Positions 59,418 through 64,000 of a stretch of DNA of 64,000 nt are shown in pieces; the first letter of the stretch is position 1; each line of letters starts with the position of its first letter. Under the pieces are notes generated by a model. The model searched no databases, had not been told where the DNA came from, and saw only the letters and a list, made by a program, of their open reading frames with translations. This stretch comes from Escherichia coli. Lineage in GTDB: Bacteria; Pseudomonadota; Gammaproteobacteria; Enterobacterales; Enterobacteriaceae. Where the stretch lies: NCBI RefSeq assembly GCF_050320075.1, contig NZ_CP190018.1; one strand, written 5' to 3'. Position numbers and translations under genes: made by a program.

Positions 59418-60974
59418 ATGGAATTCTTAATGGACCCCTCAATTTGGGCGGGGCTACTCACGCTTGTTGTTCTCGAAATTGTGCTGGGTATCGATAACCT
59501 GGTCTTCATCGCCATTCTTGCTGACAAACTGCCGCCAAAACAACGCGATAAAGCGCGTTTGCTGGGATTATCACTGGCGCTGATTATGCGTCTGGGGCTG
59601 CTGTCGCTGATTTCATGGATGGTCACGCTGACCAAACCGCTATTTACCGTTATGGATTTTTCCTTCTCCGGACGCGACCTGATTATGTTGTTCGGGGGGA
59701 TATTCTTGCTGTTCAAAGCAACAACCGAACTGCATGAACGGCTGGAAAACCGCGATCATGATTCCGGCCACGGTAAAGGCTACGCCAGTTTCTGGGTGGT
59801 CGTCACACAGATCGTCATCCTTGACGCCGTCTTCTCGTTGGATGCGGTAATTACGGCAGTAGGGATGGTTAACCATCTGCCGGTGATGATGGCGGCGGTA
59901 GTGATTGCGATGGCGGTTATGCTGCTGGCATCGAAACCGCTGACGCGATTTGTTAACCAGCATCCAACGGTGGTGGTGCTCTGTCTGAGCTTCCTGTTAA
60001 TGATAGGTCTGAGTCTGGTGGCAGAAGGTTTCGGTTTCCACATTCCGAAAGGTTACCTGTATGCCGCGATTGGCTTCTCGATCATCATCGAAGTGTTTAA
60101 CCAGATTGCGCGTCGCAACTTTATTCGTCACCAGTCGACTTTGCCGCTGCGTGCGCGTACTGCCGATGCCATCCTGCGTTTGATGGGCGGGAAACGTCAG
60201 GCCAATGTTCAGCACGATGCCGATAACCCGATGCCGATGCCGATCCCGGAAGGTGCGTTTGCCGAAGAAGAACGTTACATGATTAACGGCGTATTGACGC
60301 TGGCGTCGCGTTCTCTGCGCGGGATCATGACGCCGCGCGGTGAAATAAGCTGGGTTGACGCTAATCTCGGGGTCGATGAAATCCGCGAGCAGCTGCTCTC
60401 CTCACCGCACAGTCTGTTCCCGGTATGTCGCGGTGAACTGGATGAAATCATCGGTATCGTACGTGCTAAAGAACTGCTGGTGGCGCTGGAAGAGGGCGTT
60501 GATGTGGCGGCGATAGCTTCGGCGTCTCCGGCAATTATCGTTCCGGAAACCCTTGACCCGATCAACCTGCTGGGCGTGCTGCGTCGTGCTCGCGGGAGCT
60601 TTGTTATCGTGACCAACGAGTTTGGTGTGGTACAAGGTCTGGTCACGCCGCTGGATGTGCTGGAAGCCATTGCGGGTGAATTCCCGGACGCAGACGAAAC
60701 GCCGGAAATCATTACCGATGGTGACGGCTGGCTGGTAAAAGGCGGTACAGATTTGCATGCCTTGCAGCAGGCGCTTGATGTTGAGCACCTTGCCGATGAC
60801 GATGATATCGCGACGGTCGCGGGCCTCGTGATCTCGGCAAATGGTCACATTCCCCGTGTGGGCGATGTGATTGATGTAGGGCCACTGCATATCACCATCA
60901 TTGAAGCCAATGATTATCGTGTTGATCTGGTTCGCATTGTTAAAGAGCAACCGGCGCACGATGAAGATGAGTAA
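59418..60974 (+). CDS. yoaE: TerC-family membrane protein with CBS pair and CorC/HlyC domain
   Basis: 518-aa ORF with an N-terminal TerC-like membrane domain and C-terminal CBS/transporter-associated domains. Confidence 0.9.
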
Positions 60975-60977
60975 GCG

Positions 60978-62576
60978 TTAACGTAACGGCATAATGGGCG
61001 TGATATGTCCATTATGCCGGGCGGGCGGCGGTTGGCTGCCCGCCAGCCATTTGGGAAAATCACGTAGCGGCATCGGCTGTGCGTACAAATACCCTTGCAA
61101 AATATGCACGCCATGACGGCGCAAATACTTCGCCTGTTCTTGCGTTTCCACGCCCTCCGCCACCAGTTCAATATTCAGTCTTTGCCCCAGCGCGATGATG
61201 ATATCGGTCACCGTCGAGTTAACCGCGTCAGAACCTATAGCTGCGGTAAATGACTTATCAATTTTCAGCACGTCAGGACGTAATGTTTCAAGCCAGGAAA
61301 ATGAACTATTGCCTGTGCCGAAGTCATCAATCGCCAGTTTGACGTTTTTACGATGCAGCTCGCGGGCAATCCGATAATCAACATCCAGTAAGGCATCGCG
61401 TTCGGTGATTTCGAGGATCAGTTGCTGAATCGGGTGAGCGCTAAACCAGTACTGATTGAGATCTTTTATCAGCACACCACGGCGAAAATGACTGGGTGCG
61501 ACGTTAATGCCAACATGAAACTGACTACTCATTGGGAAAACATGCCGCTGACGGATGGTTTCTGCCATCACATAGCGGGTCAGTGGCACAATTAAATGAT
61601 GTTCTTCCGCGATAGGAATAAACACATCCGGTGAAATCCAGCCCTGACGTGGATTGTTCCAGCGCAGCAAAATCTCTACAACAATACATTGCTGGCTGCG
61701 CGCATTAAGCAAAGGCTGGCAGAACAATTCGAACTCATGTTGCGCCAGGCCCAGATTGATTTCGCGGGAAAAACTCATCCGGTAAGCGGTCGCCAGCCAG
61801 GCGATATAGCCCACCAGTAAACTTAGCAGCACCGCCAGCGGTAATTGTGTTGGAAGATAGTGCCATGCCAGCGCCGTAGCCCCCGGACCATTAACGTTAA
61901 TGGTAAAAGGAAAGCGTTGCGAAGAAACCTGATAGTTTTCATTGTCTTCAGGTTGCGGAAGGGAATCTACCAGCCCATTACCATAGAGCAAATGCCGTTT
62001 GTCCACCGTCAGGCTGGCGCTACTGATTTGCGGCAGTTGTGGCTCAAGGAGCATTGCCGTCAGTAAGTCGATGTTAATCATCTCCATGACCCCAGCATTG
62101 CTACTGCCCGCTGCAGGTGTCCATTGAATCAAAACCGGACTGCCTTTAATCAGGGCACGGTCGATCGTCAGGCGTAAAAGTGGTTGCGGTGCAGGAAGTT
62201 CAGCCAGAATGTCCACGACGGGCACATTGCGATAACCAAAAATGCTGGAGCAATAAAGTGTGCCGTCTTGCACCAGGCCAATGGATCGCACAGTTTGGAG
62301 TTTTGCCGCCTGTTTACGTAATGGCAAATGGGCGACAGAGCAGGGCAGACCAATCAGCGGAAGCAAGACTTCGCTACCTGCCTGTAGGGGAAGCAGTACT
62401 TTATCTAATTCCTCTACAGCGTGATTGGCGAATTGTACTACCCGTTGTTGATTTAAGTTACGCTGTGAAATAAATCGCACGCTCAGGGTCGAAGCGAGCG
62501 TAACGAGTGCGCAAATCGTACAAACAATCATTCGATTACGGCGATAGGTTTTAATGATCCGTTGTGCTTTTTGCAT
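60978..62576 (-). CDS. pdeD: EAL-domain c-di-GMP phosphodiesterase
   Basis: N-terminal membrane/periplasmic sensor and C-terminal EAL domain (EITE...DDFGTG); trimmed to MQKAQRIIKTYRRNRM. Confidence 0.85.
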   Translation of the reverse strand: MQKAQRIIKTYRRNRMIVCTICALVTLASTLSVRFISQRNLNQQRVVQFANHAVEELDKVLLPLQAGSEVLLPLIGLPCSVAHLPLRKQAAKLQTVRSIGLVQDGTLYCSSIFGYRNVPVVDILAELPAPQPLLRLTIDRALIKGSPVLIQWTPAAGSSNAGVMEMINIDLLTAMLLEPQLPQISSASLTVDKRHLLYGNGLVDSLPQPEDNENYQVSSQRFPFTINVNGPGATALAWHYLPTQLPLAVLLSLLVGYIAWLATAYRMSFSREINLGLAQHEFELFCQPLLNARSQQCIVVEILLRWNNPRQGWISPDVFIPIAEEHHLIVPLTRYVMAETIRQRHVFPMSSQFHVGINVAPSHFRRGVLIKDLNQYWFSAHPIQQLILEITERDALLDVDYRIARELHRKNVKLAIDDFGTGNSSFSWLETLRPDVLKIDKSFTAAIGSDAVNSTVTDIIIALGQRLNIELVAEGVETQEQAKYLRRHGVHILQGYLYAQPMPLRDFPKWLAGSQPPPARHNGHITPIMPLR

Positions 62577-62706
62577 GCGGGCCACCCTGTAAGCGTATGG
62601 CGACAAACGCCTGACGCAACAGTGGAAGTGTAGTGGGGAATATTACAGCAGACGAGAAACCGGGGATAAATTCGCCCATCCGTTGCAGATGGGCGAGTAA
62701 GAAGTA

Positions 62707-64000
62707 TTAGTCACACTGGACTTTGATTGCCAGACCACCGCGTGAGGTTTCGCGGTATTTAGCGTTCATGTCCTTACCGGTTTCATACATCGTTTCGATG
62801 ACCTTATCCAGCGAGACGCGCGGTGCACTGGTGCGACGCAGGGCCATCCGCGCGGCGTTAATCGCCTTGACTGACGCAATGGCATTACGCTCAATGCACG
62901 GCACCTGAACTTGCCCTGCAACAGGGTCACAGGTCAAACCGAGGTTGTGCTCCATGCCAATTTCCGCCGCCACACAAACCTGTTCCGGGCTACCGCCCAA
63001 CAGCTCGGCAAGGCCCGCAGCAGCCATTGAACAGGCAACACCCACTTCGCCCTGGCAACCGACTTCCGCACCGGAAATAGACGCGTTCATTTTATACAGT
63101 GCACCAATCGCGCCCGCTGCCATAAAGTAACGGGTATAGATGTCCGGGCTAACCGATTCAATAAAGTGGTCATAATAAGCCAGCACTGCCGGAACAATGC
63201 CACAAGCACCGTTGGTTGGCGCAGTTACCACACGACCACCGGCGGCGTTTTCTTCGTTAACTGCCAGCGCAAACATGTTTACCCAGTCAATGACATTCAT
63301 CGGATCGTTAGACAGTTTATCGCTGGAAACTAACATCCGGCGCAGGGCCGACGCACGACGCGGCACGCGCAGCGGGCCTGGCAGTACGCCTTCGGTGTTC
63401 ATCCCGCGATCGATACATGCCTGCATGGTTTGCCAGACATGAGCGAAATACTCGTCGATCTCTTTCTTGCTGTGCAGCGCCAGTTCGTTCTGCATAGCGA
63501 GACCAGACAGCGAATAGCCGGTTTCATTGCAGTACGCCAGCAGTTCGGTGGCAGATTTGAACGGATACGGCACGCTCACTTCGTTGGCGGCATCCTGACC
63601 AAAGTGTTCTTCATCGACGATAAAACCGCCGCCGATGGAATAATAAGTTTTGCTGTAGACGACTTCATCGCCGTTATAGGCGTGGATTTGCATACCGTTT
63701 TCATGCAGCGGCAGGTTGCCGTTATGAAAACGCATCCCGTTGTCGCGCGGGAAATCCACTTCATGCCGTCCCTGTGCCAGCAGCAGACGTTCGCGCTCTT
63801 CTACGTCGCGAATAAAACCGGGAATACTGTCGATATCCACGGTGGCAGGTTCGTTACCTGCAAGACCCATAATAATGGCGATATCGGTGTGGTGGCCTTT
63901 ACCCGTCAGCGACAGTGAACCATAAACGTCCACGGCAACGCGAGTAACGCTATCCAGTAAGCCTTTTTCGACCAGATCATCGACGAACTGTTTACCCGCC
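62707..64000 (-). CDS. sdaA: L-serine dehydratase 1 (partial: N-terminus lies beyond the window end)
   Basis: C-terminus ...[15 protein letters not shown] and Fe-S serine dehydratase family sequence; the ORF runs off the 3' edge of the window. Confidence 0.9.
   Translation of the reverse strand, partial: AGKQFVDDLVEKGLLDSVTRVAVDVYGSLSLTGKGHHTDIAIIMGLAGNEPATVDIDSIPGFIRDVEERERLLLAQGRHEVDFPRDNGMRFHNGNLPLHENGMQIHAYNGDEVVYSKTYYSIGGGFIVDEEHFGQDAANEVSVPYPFKSATELLAYCNETGYSLSGLAMQNELALHSKKEIDEYFAHVWQTMQACIDRGMNTEGVLPGPLRVPRRASALRRMLVSSDKLSNDPMNVIDWVNMFALAVNEENAAGGRVVTAPTNGACGIVPAVLAYYDHFIESVSPDIYTRYFMAAGAIGALYKMNASISGAEVGCQGEVGVACSMAAAGLAELLGGSPEQVCVAAEIGMEHNLGLTCDPVAGQVQVPCIERNAIASVKAINAARMALRRTSAPRVSLDKVIETMYETGKDMNAKYRETSRGGLAIKVQCD

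Noticed and set aside
59176-59430. 84-aa ORF in the manX-yoaE intergenic region
   Set aside because: Lies in the divergent promoter/leader region; Arg/Ser-rich translation, no RBS, and it runs into the yoaE start.

Overview
Enterobacterial (E. coli-type) chromosome. From about 7350 to 64000 the window is conserved core genome, in the order yecE(truncated)-yecD-aspS-nudB-yebC-ruvC-yebB-ruvA-ruvB-znuB-znuC/znuA-mepM-lpxM-pykA-hexR-zwf-edd-eda-purT-yebG-yebF-yebE-[IS200/IS605-family element]-ptrB-exoX-yobB-holE-yobA-yebZ-yebY-sdsR-pphA-yebW-yebV-rsmF-letB-letA-msrC-proQ-prc-htpX-yebQ-kdgR-yobH-mgrB-yebO-yobF-cspC-rlmA-mntP-yobD-manZ-manY-manX-yoaE-pdeD-sdaA(partial). Gene names were assigned from recalled protein sequences, not from a database search. 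Positions 1 to about 7350 are the right-hand end of a visibly AT-rich integrated phage-like element that continues beyond the window start. Its genes all run on the + strand (unknown ORFs, a tape-measure-domain protein, a possible distal-tail-like protein) and meet a convergent large serine recombinase whose 5' end sits 67 bp from a truncated yecE, so the element appears to have integrated into yecE. A second accessory element, an IS200/IS605-family insertion carrying divergent tnpA and tnpB, lies between yebE and ptrB. I did not recognise any known defence system. The best candidates for something undescribed are the unknown-function cargo of the phage-like element: the translationally coupled ORF chain with a 25-aa hydrophobic micro-ORF, the 570-bp structured non-coding region, the ORF3/ORF4 bicistron, and the terminator-bracketed tape-measure-domain protein next to the integrase. 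All are inferences that need homology and structure searches.
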